32,000 nucleotides of DNA, taken from the NCBI GenBank assembly GCA_036734445.1, contig DAIMYP010000003.1, forward strand, positions 63,854 through 95,853, given 5' to 3'. How positions within the stretch are numbered: the stretch's first letter is position 1; every line of letters starts with the position of its first letter. Position numbers and translations under genes: made by a program. A model generated the notes under the pieces. That model searched no databases. It was given only the letters and a program-made list of their open reading frames with translations, and was not told where the DNA came from. This DNA comes from Tannerellaceae bacterium. Its GTDB lineage: Bacteria; Bacteroidota; Bacteroidia; Bacteroidales; Tannerellaceae. Below are positions 22,816 to 31,891 of the stretch, piece after piece.

Positions 22816-22871
22816 ATATAGTGATAAATATGAAATCCTATTGCACCTCAAGACTGATTGCCCGTCGATGT

Positions 22872-25109
22872 TTATTCGGCTGTAATCTCATACATGTGAC
22901 TTGTTGTCTGCATAGTGCTGAAAACATTCAGTCCCACTTTCATCAGATAATCGCCCGAATAAATTTTCGGACCTTCATTGCCGGGCATCATCGGAGGCAT
23001 CATCGGACGATCGCCTTTGGATCTTGGCATTTGATTGATTTCCTCAATCTTATAGTTCTTTGTCGGATCCAAACCTTGCAGTTTGACAGGCATCATCTTT
23101 TCTTGGAAGCGTGGATGAATATCGAAAGCGTAAAGAACGGCCTTGTTTTTATTGTCGCCTACATACATTGTGGCTGTATGGTTGCCTTCGTATGGAGAAA
23201 CAAGACGATACATATCGCCATCGAGGGTGATATTCTCCAAACGTTTGTAGTTGGCTACAGCAGTCTTGCAGTATGTCATTTCGTCGGGCGTCAGATTCTT
23301 TAGGCTCATGTCGAAGCCTAACTTGCAAAGCATGGCAACGTCTGTGCGGAACTTGATGCTTGTAGTTTTGTTCCAATCAGTTACATGTGCGCAAATCGCC
23401 TTAGCAGGGAAGAACTGCGAGAAGCCCCATTGGATAAAGAGACGTTCGATCGGATCAGTATCATCACTTGCCCAGAACTCGGTAAAATATTTCAATGCTT
23501 CATAGTCGCAACGGGCACCGCCGCCTGAACAAAGCATAATCGGAAGGTTAGGATATTTGGCTTTCACACGATTGAACACATTGTAAAGACCTCGTACATA
23601 TTTTACATACAACTCATTCTGTTTCGTTTTTAGATATGGTGAGTATATGTTGGTGATCGGGCTGTTGCAATCCCATTTGAAGAAGGCAAGGTTAGGATTT
23701 TCAGTCATTATATTGTCCAAAACTCCGAACACATGGTCTTGTACCTTCGGATTACTCAAGTCCAGAACCAACTGATTGCGGAAATAATAGGTTTCGCGAT
23801 TTGGCTGATGGATAACCCAGTCTGGATGTTTCTCAAAGAGCTCACTCTTCGGGTTTACCATCTCAGGTTCAATCCAGATGCCGAACTTCACACCAGCATC
23901 TTTAGCCGCTTTAACCAAATATGGAACGCCATTAGGCAGTTTGCTGTGAGTTACTTCCCAATCACCTAGTCCGGCATGGTCGTCTTTGCGTGGATATTTG
24001 TTGCCGAACCATCCGTCGTCAAGCAGAAACATATCAACACCTAATTCTTTTGTTTCTTTCATCAGGCCGCTCAAAATTTCTTCATTAAAATTGAAACCGG
24101 TGTTTTCCCAGTTGTTCAGCAAAGTCATACGACTGCCTTTGCCGTCTTTCAACTGATAATTGCGAGCCCAATTGTGAAAATTGCGGCTTGCCTGGCCTGT
24201 ACCACTTTGGCTGAGAGTGAAAATAAATTCAGGTGTGTTGAAAAGTTCGCCCGGTTGCAGATCGTAAATAGAGGCATACGGATTGATGCCTGAACTGATA
24301 CGAAGAACGCCTGCGTCGTCTACTTCGAAAGTGAAGCGGAAATTGCCTGTCCAACCGATTGTACCAAGCAGAACTTCACCTTGCTGTTCATTTGCCGGAG
24401 CATTGACACCCAATTCGAAAAATGGTTGAAGCATCATTGCTGCACGCGAACCCAATTTGGTGTCGAGCACTTTTTTGCCGAACTCAAGCTTTTGTGTGTG
24501 CATTCCTACTTCCTTTGCCCAATTGCCATCGAACTGAGTCAAATAATAGGATGCATTGTCAAGATAGAGCATTGATGAAGCATATCGGCTCATCAGAATA
24601 GCACCTTTCTCGGAATGCGAAATCTCAGTCCATGTCTTGAATATGTTTTCTTTGGCATAAGTAATGTAATGAATCTTTACTGTAACTGGGTAGACATCAT
24701 CTTTAAGTGTGATAATCGTTTCTGTCACATTGTTGTCCTGATTCTTGACATCAGATGAAACATACTTCAGATAAGTGGTCATGTTTCCATCGACATGCGT
24801 GATTGCCAGTGCCGATTCATAATAATCTTCAGCTCCGGAAGTTTGATACACTTCGCCGCTGTTTACACCCATTGGAGGCATTCCTGGTCCACCGCGACGT
24901 ACATCTTTAAATTGGTTCAAATCAGACTCATTTATCAGTTTGACTCCAAAATACTTTTGATAGAGTCGCCCGTTCTGGCCGACATTCAATATCAAGTCAG
25001 TTTCATTAGTAGAAATGCGGATTAGTTGAGAACCATCCGCTGCAAGTGCCTTTACATTCATAAAGAACAAACTTAAAATAAATAATGCAATGATTTTTTT
25101 CATGGCCAT
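22872..25109 (-). CDS. GH36 alpha-galactosidase, secreted
   Basis: 745 aa with a signal peptide. GH36 hallmarks are VDMFLLDDGWFG, FFKWDCNSPI, MLCSGGGARCDYEAL and FWASDDTDPIERLFIQ. The start is ATG 25109 or ATG 25103. Confidence 0.9.
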   Translation of the reverse strand: MAMKKIIALFILSLFFMNVKALAADGSQLIRISTNETDLILNVGQNGRLYQKYFGVKLINESDLNQFKDVRRGGPGMPPMGVNSGEVYQTSGAEDYYESALAITHVDGNMTTYLKYVSSDVKNQDNNVTETIITLKDDVYPVTVKIHYITYAKENIFKTWTEISHSEKGAILMSRYASSMLYLDNASYYLTQFDGNWAKEVGMHTQKLEFGKKVLDTKLGSRAAMMLQPFFELGVNAPANEQQGEVLLGTIGWTGNFRFTFEVDDAGVLRISSGINPYASIYDLQPGELFNTPEFIFTLSQSGTGQASRNFHNWARNYQLKDGKGSRMTLLNNWENTGFNFNEEILSGLMKETKELGVDMFLLDDGWFGNKYPRKDDHAGLGDWEVTHSKLPNGVPYLVKAAKDAGVKFGIWIEPEMVNPKSELFEKHPDWVIHQPNRETYYFRNQLVLDLSNPKVQDHVFGVLDNIMTENPNLAFFKWDCNSPITNIYSPYLKTKQNELYVKYVRGLYNVFNRVKAKYPNLPIMLCSGGGARCDYEALKYFTEFWASDDTDPIERLFIQWGFSQFFPAKAICAHVTDWNKTTSIKFRTDVAMLCKLGFDMSLKNLTPDEMTYCKTAVANYKRLENITLDGDMYRLVSPYEGNHTATMYVGDNKNKAVLYAFDIHPRFQEKMMPVKLQGLDPTKNYKIEEINQMPRSKGDRPMMPPMMPGNEGPKIYSGDYLMKVGLNVFSTMQTTSHMYEITAE

Positions 25110-25140
25110 TGTGATTAATTAGTAATTCTTTAATTGGATG

Positions 25141-25148
25141 CAAATATA
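25141..25148 (-). promoter_or_regulatory. candidate -7 promoter box for the GH36 gene
   Basis: Plus-strand CAAATATA reads TATATTTG on the minus strand and matches TAnnTTTG. It lies 31 nt upstream of ATG 25109. Confidence 0.35.
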
Positions 25149-25221
25149 ATTAAGTTTCTTTGAATTTCTTATAAAAATAGGTTTTTGCTTGTGTAAAAAC
25201 TTCCGTTTTATAAAAAATGCC

Positions 25222-25229
25222 TATATTTG
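25222..25229 (+). promoter_or_regulatory. candidate -7 promoter box for the cysQ...sulfotransferase operon
   Basis: TATATTTG matches TAnnTTTG and lies 31 nt upstream of ATG 25261. Confidence 0.4.
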
Positions 25230-25260
25230 TGTACTGACAAACTAAGAAAAAAACTGAATA

Positions 25261-26082
25261 ATGGACGAATATTTAAATTATCTATATGTGGCTATTCGTG
25301 CTGCAATCGATGCCGGAAGGGCAATTATGGAAATTTATGATAGTACGAAGGAAAATATTGTCGTTGAATGGAAAGCTGATAATTCGCCTTTGACTCAAGC
25401 CGATAAGCAGGCTCATAAAATCATATCCGTTATTCTTTCAGCAACACCGTTTCCGGTTCTGAGCGAAGAAGGGAAGATGATTCCTTTTGCAGAGCGTAAA
25501 AAGTGGAAAACACTGTGGATAGTTGATCCACTTGATGGGACGAAAGAATTTATCAAACGTAATGGTGAGTTTACCGTAAATATAGCATTAGTGAAAGAAG
25601 GAGTTCCAGTGATGGGCGTGATTTATATTCCTGTTCGTGAGGAACTTTATTTCGCTACAGAAACTTTGGGAGCTTACAAGCTGAATAAAATTAATGGTAT
25701 CAGTCAGCCGTCGGTGAACGACATGATTGCAAAAGCTTTGAAATTGCCAAATGCAACAGGACATCAAGGAATTGTTGTCGTAGCTTCTCGTTCACATCTG
25801 AACGAAGAGACGATGAGTTATATTGACAACCTGCGCCGTCAAGGACAACCTGTAACATTGATTAGTAGCGGAAGCAGTCTGAAAATTTGCCTAGTAGCCG
25901 AAGGATCTGCTGATATTTATCCGCGTTTTGCGCCAACGATGGAATGGGACACAGCTGCTGGACATGCAATAGCTCGCGCTGCCGGTTGTCAAATTTATCA
26001 TACTGATGAGATGACGCCATTGAATTACAATAAAGAAGATTTACATAATCCTTGGTTCATCGTCAAAGCGCAGCAGGCATGA
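25261..26082 (+). CDS. cysQ: 3'(2'),5'-bisphosphate nucleotidase (PAP phosphatase)
   Basis: 273 aa of the inositol-monophosphatase fold. CysQ-specific stretches are LWIVDPLDGTKEFIKRNGEFTVNIALV and SSLKICLVAEGSADIYPRFAPTMEWDTAAGHAIARAAG. Confidence 0.9.
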   Translation: MDEYLNYLYVAIRAAIDAGRAIMEIYDSTKENIVVEWKADNSPLTQADKQAHKIISVILSATPFPVLSEEGKMIPFAERKKWKTLWIVDPLDGTKEFIKRNGEFTVNIALVKEGVPVMGVIYIPVREELYFATETLGAYKLNKINGISQPSVNDMIAKALKLPNATGHQGIVVVASRSHLNEETMSYIDNLRRQGQPVTLISSGSSLKICLVAEGSADIYPRFAPTMEWDTAAGHAIARAAGCQIYHTDEMTPLNYNKEDLHNPWFIVKAQQA

Positions 26083-27629
26083 GTTTTGAAATCATATTTG
26101 TTTTGTTGGCGTTGATCGGAATGGTCGCCGCATTGATATGGGATAGAATGAGGCCTGGAATGGTGCTTCTAACTGTCGTTGTTGTATTTATGTGTGCAGG
26201 TATTCTGACACCAAAAGAGATGCTTGAAGGATTTAGTAACAAAGGAATGATCACTGTCGGACTGCTGTTTTTGGTGAGTGAAGGAATCCGACAGAGTGGA
26301 GCTTTAGGGCAGTTGGTTAAAAAACTTCTTCCTGTACAAAAAACGACAATTTTCAAGTCGCAACTCCGTATTCTTCCTTCTATTGCTTTCATCTCTGCCT
26401 TTCTTAATAATACACCTGTTGTTGTCATCTTCGCCCCGATTGTTAAGCGTTGGGCAGAATCGATAAAACTTCCAGCTACAAAATTTCTTATTCCACTTTC
26501 TTACGTTACTATCCTGGGCGGTTTGTGCACATTGATTGGAACGTCTACGAATCTTGTTGTTGATGGTATGATTCAAGATGCCGGATATGAAGGGTTTTCC
26601 ATGTTCGAACTGGGAAAGATTGGTATTTTTGTAGTCCTTTTTGGTATAACATATTTGTTTATTTTTTCCAATAAACTTCTTCCTGATTCGCGCAAAGATG
26701 CTTACGAAGAGGAAGACGAAAGCAATACAGGCAATCTTCGAAGAGTTGAAGCTGTGTTGGGTCCGCGTTTTCCAGGCATCAACAAGTCGTTGGGTGATTT
26801 TAATTTCACACGTCATTATGGTGCAATTGTTAAGGAAGTTAGAAGCGGCGGACAGTGTTATTCGCACGATTTGGAAAGGGTTGTTCTTCATGAAGGCGAT
26901 ACGCTGATTCTCTGGGCCGATGATTCGTTTGCTGCCACATGGGGAGAGTCGAGCGTGTTTCTATTGCTCGCCAATAGTAAAGACAAAGAGGAACCGTTCT
27001 CGAAGAAAAAACGGTGGCTGGCACTCGGATTGCTCATCTTTATGATAACGGGAGCAACGGTTGGCGAATTGCCGTTTATGAAAGAGATGTTGCCCGGTAT
27101 GCATTTGGATATGTTTTTCTTTGTTTGTGTCACAACGATTATCATGGCATGGACGAAAATTTTCCCTCCAAAAAAATATACCAAATATATATCATGGGAT
27201 ATTTTGATAACGATTGCATGCGCGTTTGCTATTAGTAAAGCAATGGAAAATTCAGGCGTTGCTGCTTGGTTGGCTCAAAATATTATCGGATTGTCGCATA
27301 ATATGGGGCCGTATGCATTGTTGGCTATTGTTTATATTATTACTAACGTTTTTACGGAACTTATCACGAATAATGCCGCGGCGGCTTTGAGTTTCCCTAT
27401 CGGACTTTCTGTCGCAACTCAATTAGGCGTGAATCCGACGCCTTTCTTTGTGGCTATTTGTGTAGCGGCATCAGCAAGTTTCAGTTCGCCGATAGGTTAT
27501 CAGACGAATTTGATTGTACAAGGTATTGGCGGTTATAAGTTTACTGATTTTGTGAAAATCGGTTTGCCTTTGAATGTGATTACATTTTTGGTTTCAGTGA
27601 TTCTGATTCCAATGATTTGGAGTTTTTAA
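26079..27629 (+). CDS. SLC13/DASS-family anion permease with a central TrkA-C-like insert
   Basis: About 516 aa and polytopic. The two halves carry hairpin-type motifs (LIGTSTNLVV; ELITNNAAAALSFPIG; SFSSPIGYQTNLIV). The cytoplasmic insert RRVEAVLGPRFPGINKSLGDF...VVLHEGDTLILWADD resembles a TrkA-C domain. I set the start to ATG 26079, which overlaps the cysQ stop as ATGA. Confidence 0.8.
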   Translation: MSFEIIFVLLALIGMVAALIWDRMRPGMVLLTVVVVFMCAGILTPKEMLEGFSNKGMITVGLLFLVSEGIRQSGALGQLVKKLLPVQKTTIFKSQLRILPSIAFISAFLNNTPVVVIFAPIVKRWAESIKLPATKFLIPLSYVTILGGLCTLIGTSTNLVVDGMIQDAGYEGFSMFELGKIGIFVVLFGITYLFIFSNKLLPDSRKDAYEEEDESNTGNLRRVEAVLGPRFPGINKSLGDFNFTRHYGAIVKEVRSGGQCYSHDLERVVLHEGDTLILWADDSFAATWGESSVFLLLANSKDKEEPFSKKKRWLALGLLIFMITGATVGELPFMKEMLPGMHLDMFFFVCVTTIIMAWTKIFPPKKYTKYISWDILITIACAFAISKAMENSGVAAWLAQNIIGLSHNMGPYALLAIVYIITNVFTELITNNAAAALSFPIGLSVATQLGVNPTPFFVAICVAASASFSSPIGYQTNLIVQGIGGYKFTDFVKIGLPLNVITFLVSVILIPMIWSF

Positions 27630-27638
27630 GTTTTAAGG

Positions 27639-28250
27639 ATGAAAGAAGAACAACAACATATTTATCCAGTCTTCGACAAGATGTTGAAGCGTGAAGACAA
27701 AGAACAATTGTTGAAGCAACGCAGTGTGATGATTTGGTTCACAGGGCTAAGTGGTTCTGGAAAGAGTACACTGGCAATTGCTTTGGAGCGTGAATTGCAC
27801 CGGCATGGTTTGCTTTGTCGCATCCTGGATGGTGATAATATTCGTTCTGGAATTAATAATAATCTGGGTTTTACAGAAGCTGATCGTACAGAAAACATAC
27901 GTCGGATTGCGGAGATCGGAAAACTTTTTGTTGATACGGGAATTATCACGATTGCTGCATTTATCAGTCCGATGAATAGTTTGCGCGAGATGGCTGCTTC
28001 TATCATTGGCAAAAACAATTTCCTTGAAATATATGTTAATACATCGTTAGCAGAATGCGAACGACGCGATGTGAAAGGTTTATATGCCAAAGCACGTCGC
28101 GGTGAGATAAAAGAATTCACGGGCATTTCGGCACCTTTTGAAGCACCATTGGATCCTGATTTAGTATTGGATACTTCAATATTAAGCGTGCAGCAGTCTG
28201 TGAATGAATTATTAAAATTGATTTTACCCAGGGTAATGGTAGATAAATGA
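27639..28250 (+). CDS. cysC: adenylyl-sulfate (APS) kinase
   Basis: 203 aa. It has the P-loop [14 protein letters not shown], plus [27 protein letters not shown] and AAFISP. Confidence 0.93.
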   Translation: MKEEQQHIYPVFDKMLKREDKEQLLKQRSVMIWFTGLSGSGKSTLAIALERELHRHGLLCRILDGDNIRSGINNNLGFTEADRTENIRRIAEIGKLFVDTGIITIAAFISPMNSLREMAASIIGKNNFLEIYVNTSLAECERRDVKGLYAKARRGEIKEFTGISAPFEAPLDPDLVLDTSILSVQQSVNELLKLILPRVMVDK

Positions 28251-28251
28251 T

Positions 28252-29160
28252 ATGTCAGAATATAAATTAAGTCATTTGCAAGAGTTGGAGGCTGAGTCCA
28301 TTTATATTATTCGTGAAGTGGCTGCCGAATTTCAGAATCCTGTGATGCTCTATTCAATAGGTAAGGATTCGTCGGTGATGGTGCGTCTTGCCGAGAAGGC
28401 TTTTGCACCGGGGAAAGTGCCATTTCCTTTGATGCATATCGATTCAAAATGGAAGTTTAAGGAGATGATTCAGTTCCGCGATGAGTATGCGAAGAAATAT
28501 GGTTGGAATCTGATCGTTGAATCGAACATGGAGGCTTTTCGTGCTGGCGTTGGTCCGTTTACACACGGAAGCAAAGTTCATACTGATTTAATGAAGACGC
28601 AGGCTTTGTTACATGGTCTGGATAAATATAAGTTCGACGCTGCCTTTGGTGGTGCGCGTCGCGATGAGGAAAAAAGTCGTGCTAAAGAACGAATCTTTTC
28701 ATTCCGCGACAAGTTCCATCAATGGGATCCGAAAAATCAGCGCCCAGAATTGTGGGACATCTATAATGCTCGTGTCCATAAGGGTGAAAGCATTCGTGTT
28801 TTTCCTCTTTCGAACTGGACAGAATTGGATATTTGGCAATATATTCGTTTGGAGCAGATTCCAATAGTTCCGCTTTATTTTGCTAAGGAACGTCCATGCG
28901 TGGAAATTGATGGAAATTTGATTATGGCTGATGATGATCGTCTACCCGAAAAGTATCGTGACAAAATTAAAATGAGAAAGGTTCGTTTTCGTACTTTAGG
29001 CTGCTGGCCACTGACGGGAGCTGTTGAAAGCGATGCAGATACAATCGAAAAGATTGTGGAAGAGATGATGACGACAACCAAAAGCGAACGCACGACGCGA
29101 GTCATTGATTTTGATCAGGATTCGAGTATGGAACAAAAGAAACGAGAAGGATATTTCTAA
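28252..29160 (+). CDS. cysD: sulfate adenylyltransferase subunit 2
   Basis: 302 aa. [46 protein letters not shown] is near-identical in pattern to enterobacterial CysD. The C-terminus is KKREGYF. It starts 1 nt after cysC. Confidence 0.95.
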   Translation: MSEYKLSHLQELEAESIYIIREVAAEFQNPVMLYSIGKDSSVMVRLAEKAFAPGKVPFPLMHIDSKWKFKEMIQFRDEYAKKYGWNLIVESNMEAFRAGVGPFTHGSKVHTDLMKTQALLHGLDKYKFDAAFGGARRDEEKSRAKERIFSFRDKFHQWDPKNQRPELWDIYNARVHKGESIRVFPLSNWTELDIWQYIRLEQIPIVPLYFAKERPCVEIDGNLIMADDDRLPEKYRDKIKMRKVRFRTLGCWPLTGAVESDADTIEKIVEEMMTTTKSERTTRVIDFDQDSSMEQKKREGYF

Positions 29161-29207
29161 TTGTCAGAATAATAGACGCAAGACAATAAACAGAATATGA
29201 AATTTAG

Positions 29208-30692
29208 ATGAAAGGAGAACAACAAAATATAAATTCAAAAAGCCAGTTAAATATCAAGGAATTTCTTGATCGCGACGAACAGAAAGATTTGCTTCGTTTT
29301 CTAACTGCCGGTTCGGTGGATGATGGCAAATCAACTCTGATTGGGCGTTTGCTATTCGACAGCAAGAAGATTTATGAAGATCAACTCGATGCGCTCGAAC
29401 GCGACAGTAAGCGTATGGGCAATGCGGGTAATCATATCGATTATGCATTGTTGTTGGATGGACTAAGGGCTGAACGCGAAGAAGGAATTACCATTGATGT
29501 GGCTTATCGTTATTTCAGTACGAATAATCGAAAATTTATCATTGCCGATACGCCTGGTCATGAGCAATATACGCGTAATATGATAACTGGTGGTTCAACG
29601 GCAAATCTGGCCATTATTCTTGTCGATGCCAGATTGGGTGTGATTACACAGACGCGCCGTCATACTTTTCTAGTTTCGCTTCTTGGTATTCGTCATTTGG
29701 TATTGGCGGTGAACAAAATGGACCTTGTGAATTTTGATCAGCAGACTTTTGACAAGATTGTTGCCGATTATAAGACTTTTGTTGCTCCATTGGATATTCC
29801 AGATGTGACATGTATACCGCTTTCGGCTTTGGATGGCGACAATGTTGTTACAAAAAGCGAACGAACACCGTGGTATACAGGAAAATCATTGCTCGGTTTT
29901 TTGGAAACAGTTCCTATTGATCTTGATCGCAATTATAGCGATTTACGTTATCCTGTGCAATATGTTCTGCGTCCGAATCAGAATTTTCGTGGTTTTAGTG
30001 GTAAGGTGGCGAGCGGTATTGTGCGTAAAGGTGATATAGTGAAAGCTCTCCCTTCAGGTAAAATCTCGAAAGTGAAAAGCATCGTAACATATGATGGCGA
30101 ATTGCAGCAGGCTTTTCCTCCACAATGTGTTACACTGACCTTGGAAGATGAAATAGATGTTTCTCGAGGCGAAATGTTGGTTCATCCGGATAATCTTCCA
30201 ATGATCGGACGACATTTCAAAGCAATGCTTGTCTGGATGGATGAGGAACCGATGGATATGAACAAGCCGTTTTATATTAAACAGACGACGAATGAAACTC
30301 GTGCTCATGTAGATGAAATCCATTATAAAGTTAATGTGAATACGATGGAACATCTGTCGCTTGAGAACGGATTGCTGACAGAGGCGTCGCTTCCCATGCA
30401 GTTGAACGAGATTGCTTGTGTCACATTTACTACAGGAAAGACGTTGTTTTTCGATTCCTATAAACAGAACAGGCAGACAGGTTCGTTTATTTTGATTGAT
30501 CCGATTACAAACAACACTTCGGCAGTTGGAATGATGATTGCACTTGACGATTCTCAATCAGTTACCGATTATGTTAATGGGTTGACAATCGATTTGCAGG
30601 AGTTGAAAATAGGCGAGGAGCATTACGAGGCTATCCGTAAAGTTTGTGACGAATTGCAAAAACAAGGTTGTAAAGTGAATTTGATAGAATAA
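29208..30692 (+). CDS. cysN: sulfate adenylyltransferase subunit 1 (GTPase)
   Basis: 494 aa. The GTPase motifs are G1 [15 protein letters not shown]3 [12 protein letters not shown] and G4 NKMD. EF-Tu-like domains II and III follow. There is no fused APS-kinase domain. Confidence 0.93.
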   Translation: MKGEQQNINSKSQLNIKEFLDRDEQKDLLRFLTAGSVDDGKSTLIGRLLFDSKKIYEDQLDALERDSKRMGNAGNHIDYALLLDGLRAEREEGITIDVAYRYFSTNNRKFIIADTPGHEQYTRNMITGGSTANLAIILVDARLGVITQTRRHTFLVSLLGIRHLVLAVNKMDLVNFDQQTFDKIVADYKTFVAPLDIPDVTCIPLSALDGDNVVTKSERTPWYTGKSLLGFLETVPIDLDRNYSDLRYPVQYVLRPNQNFRGFSGKVASGIVRKGDIVKALPSGKISKVKSIVTYDGELQQAFPPQCVTLTLEDEIDVSRGEMLVHPDNLPMIGRHFKAMLVWMDEEPMDMNKPFYIKQTTNETRAHVDEIHYKVNVNTMEHLSLENGLLTEASLPMQLNEIACVTFTTGKTLFFDSYKQNRQTGSFILIDPITNNTSAVGMMIALDDSQSVTDYVNGLTIDLQELKIGEEHYEAIRKVCDELQKQGCKVNLIE

Positions 30693-30764
30693 AAATAGAG
30701 GTAAAGACAGGGCTTTCGACAATAAAGTCGGAAGCAAACTGTGGATTATCAATAGTGTATTAAT

Positions 30765-31877
30765 ATGGGTTTATTGGAGTTTAGTAAATTACCGATCAAC
30801 ACATTAGTTGGTGCCGATTGGAGGACATTCAAGGAAGTGACGGCCAATATGTCTATCGATAAAGAGTATCGTAGTAAGTTCTATTTGACAAAGGCCGTTT
30901 GCCGATTGTTGAGTTTACTTGTTCCTATCGAAAACGCTTGTTACCAGAAGTTAATGAATAATCCGATAGAAATGGATCCGTTATTTATCCTTGGTCACTG
31001 GCGTAGTGGAACTACATTCGTTCATAATGTTTTTGCTCAAGATCAGCATTTTGGCTACAACACAACTTATCAGACTGTTTTCCCAAATCTGATGCTTTGG
31101 GGACAATCTTTTTTTAAGAAGAACATGACTTTCCTGATGCCGGACAGAAGACCTACGGATAATATGGAACTCAAAGTGGATCTTCCTCAGGAAGAGGAAT
31201 TTGCTTTGGCAAACATGATGCCGTATACGTATTATAATTTCTGGTTTTTTCCTAGACATATGCTGGAATATTGTGATCGCTACATGTTGCTCGATAATAT
31301 TAATGAACATGAGCTGCAAGTTTTTAAAGAAACTTTTCTCAAGCTGATTAAAGTGTCACTTTGGAATACACATGGAGTCCAATTTTTGAGTAAAAATCCG
31401 CCTCATACGGGGCGTGTCAGACTTTTACTGGAGATGTTTCCGAACGCGAAGTTTATTTATATGAAACGCAATCCATATACAGTTTTCGAAAGTACACGCA
31501 GTTTTTTCAAAAATACAATTGTTCCTCTTCGTCTTCAGAATATATCGGAAGAACAATTTGAAAGCAATTTGTTAGAGGTCTATCGTCGTCTGTTTTATAA
31601 ATTCGAAGAACAAAAAGTGCGTATTCCTAAAGGAAATCTTGTTGAAGTGAAGTTTGAGGAATTTGAACGTGAACCTATGGAAATGACAGAAGCAATATAT
31701 CAACAATTAGATTTGCCAGGATTTGCTGAATCTAAAGATCGGATTTTTAAATACATCCATTTAAAAGATGGCTATTCGAAAAATCATTATAAATATGATG
31801 ACAACACACTGAAGACAGTGGAAGAAAATTGGGGAATGGCGCTTAAAGCTTGGAATTATTCGTTGGAACAATCATAG
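30765..31877 (+). CDS. PAPS-dependent sulfotransferase (bacterial Sulfotransfer_3-like)
   Basis: 370 aa. The 5'-phosphosulfate-binding loop is LGHWRSGTTFVHN (GHWRSGTT = nt 30993-31016). A 3'-phosphate-binding-like segment, FIYMKRNPYTVFES, is analogous to the YxxRNxxDxxxS motif of cytosolic sulfotransferases. It is the last complete gene of the PAPS-synthesis operon. Confidence 0.8.
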   Translation: MGLLEFSKLPINTLVGADWRTFKEVTANMSIDKEYRSKFYLTKAVCRLLSLLVPIENACYQKLMNNPIEMDPLFILGHWRSGTTFVHNVFAQDQHFGYNTTYQTVFPNLMLWGQSFFKKNMTFLMPDRRPTDNMELKVDLPQEEEFALANMMPYTYYNFWFFPRHMLEYCDRYMLLDNINEHELQVFKETFLKLIKVSLWNTHGVQFLSKNPPHTGRVRLLLEMFPNAKFIYMKRNPYTVFESTRSFFKNTIVPLRLQNISEEQFESNLLEVYRRLFYKFEEQKVRIPKGNLVEVKFEEFEREPMEMTEAIYQQLDLPGFAESKDRIFKYIHLKDGYSKNHYKYDDNTLKTVEENWGMALKAWNYSLEQS

Positions 31878-31891
31878 AATTTGATGAAATT

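Noticed and set aside
26304-26891. 195-aa minus-strand ORF within the SLC13 permease gene
   Set aside because: It is antisense to a well-supported transporter gene, Arg/Lys/Asn-rich, and has no domain signature.
30054-30557. 167-aa minus-strand ORF inside cysN; similar antisense ORFs occur at 9121-9600, 3438-3860 and 20477-20914
   Set aside because: All are antisense to genes with strong family motifs, and none has a plausible start context or domain.
30530-30692. About 50-aa C-terminal tail of CysN after the ...[10 protein letters not shown] end of the EF-Tu-like domain, considered as a possible novel extension
   Set aside because: As far as I recall, E. coli CysN also carries a tail of similar length after the equivalent GAGM motif. 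The overall length (494 aa versus about 475 aa) is unremarkable.
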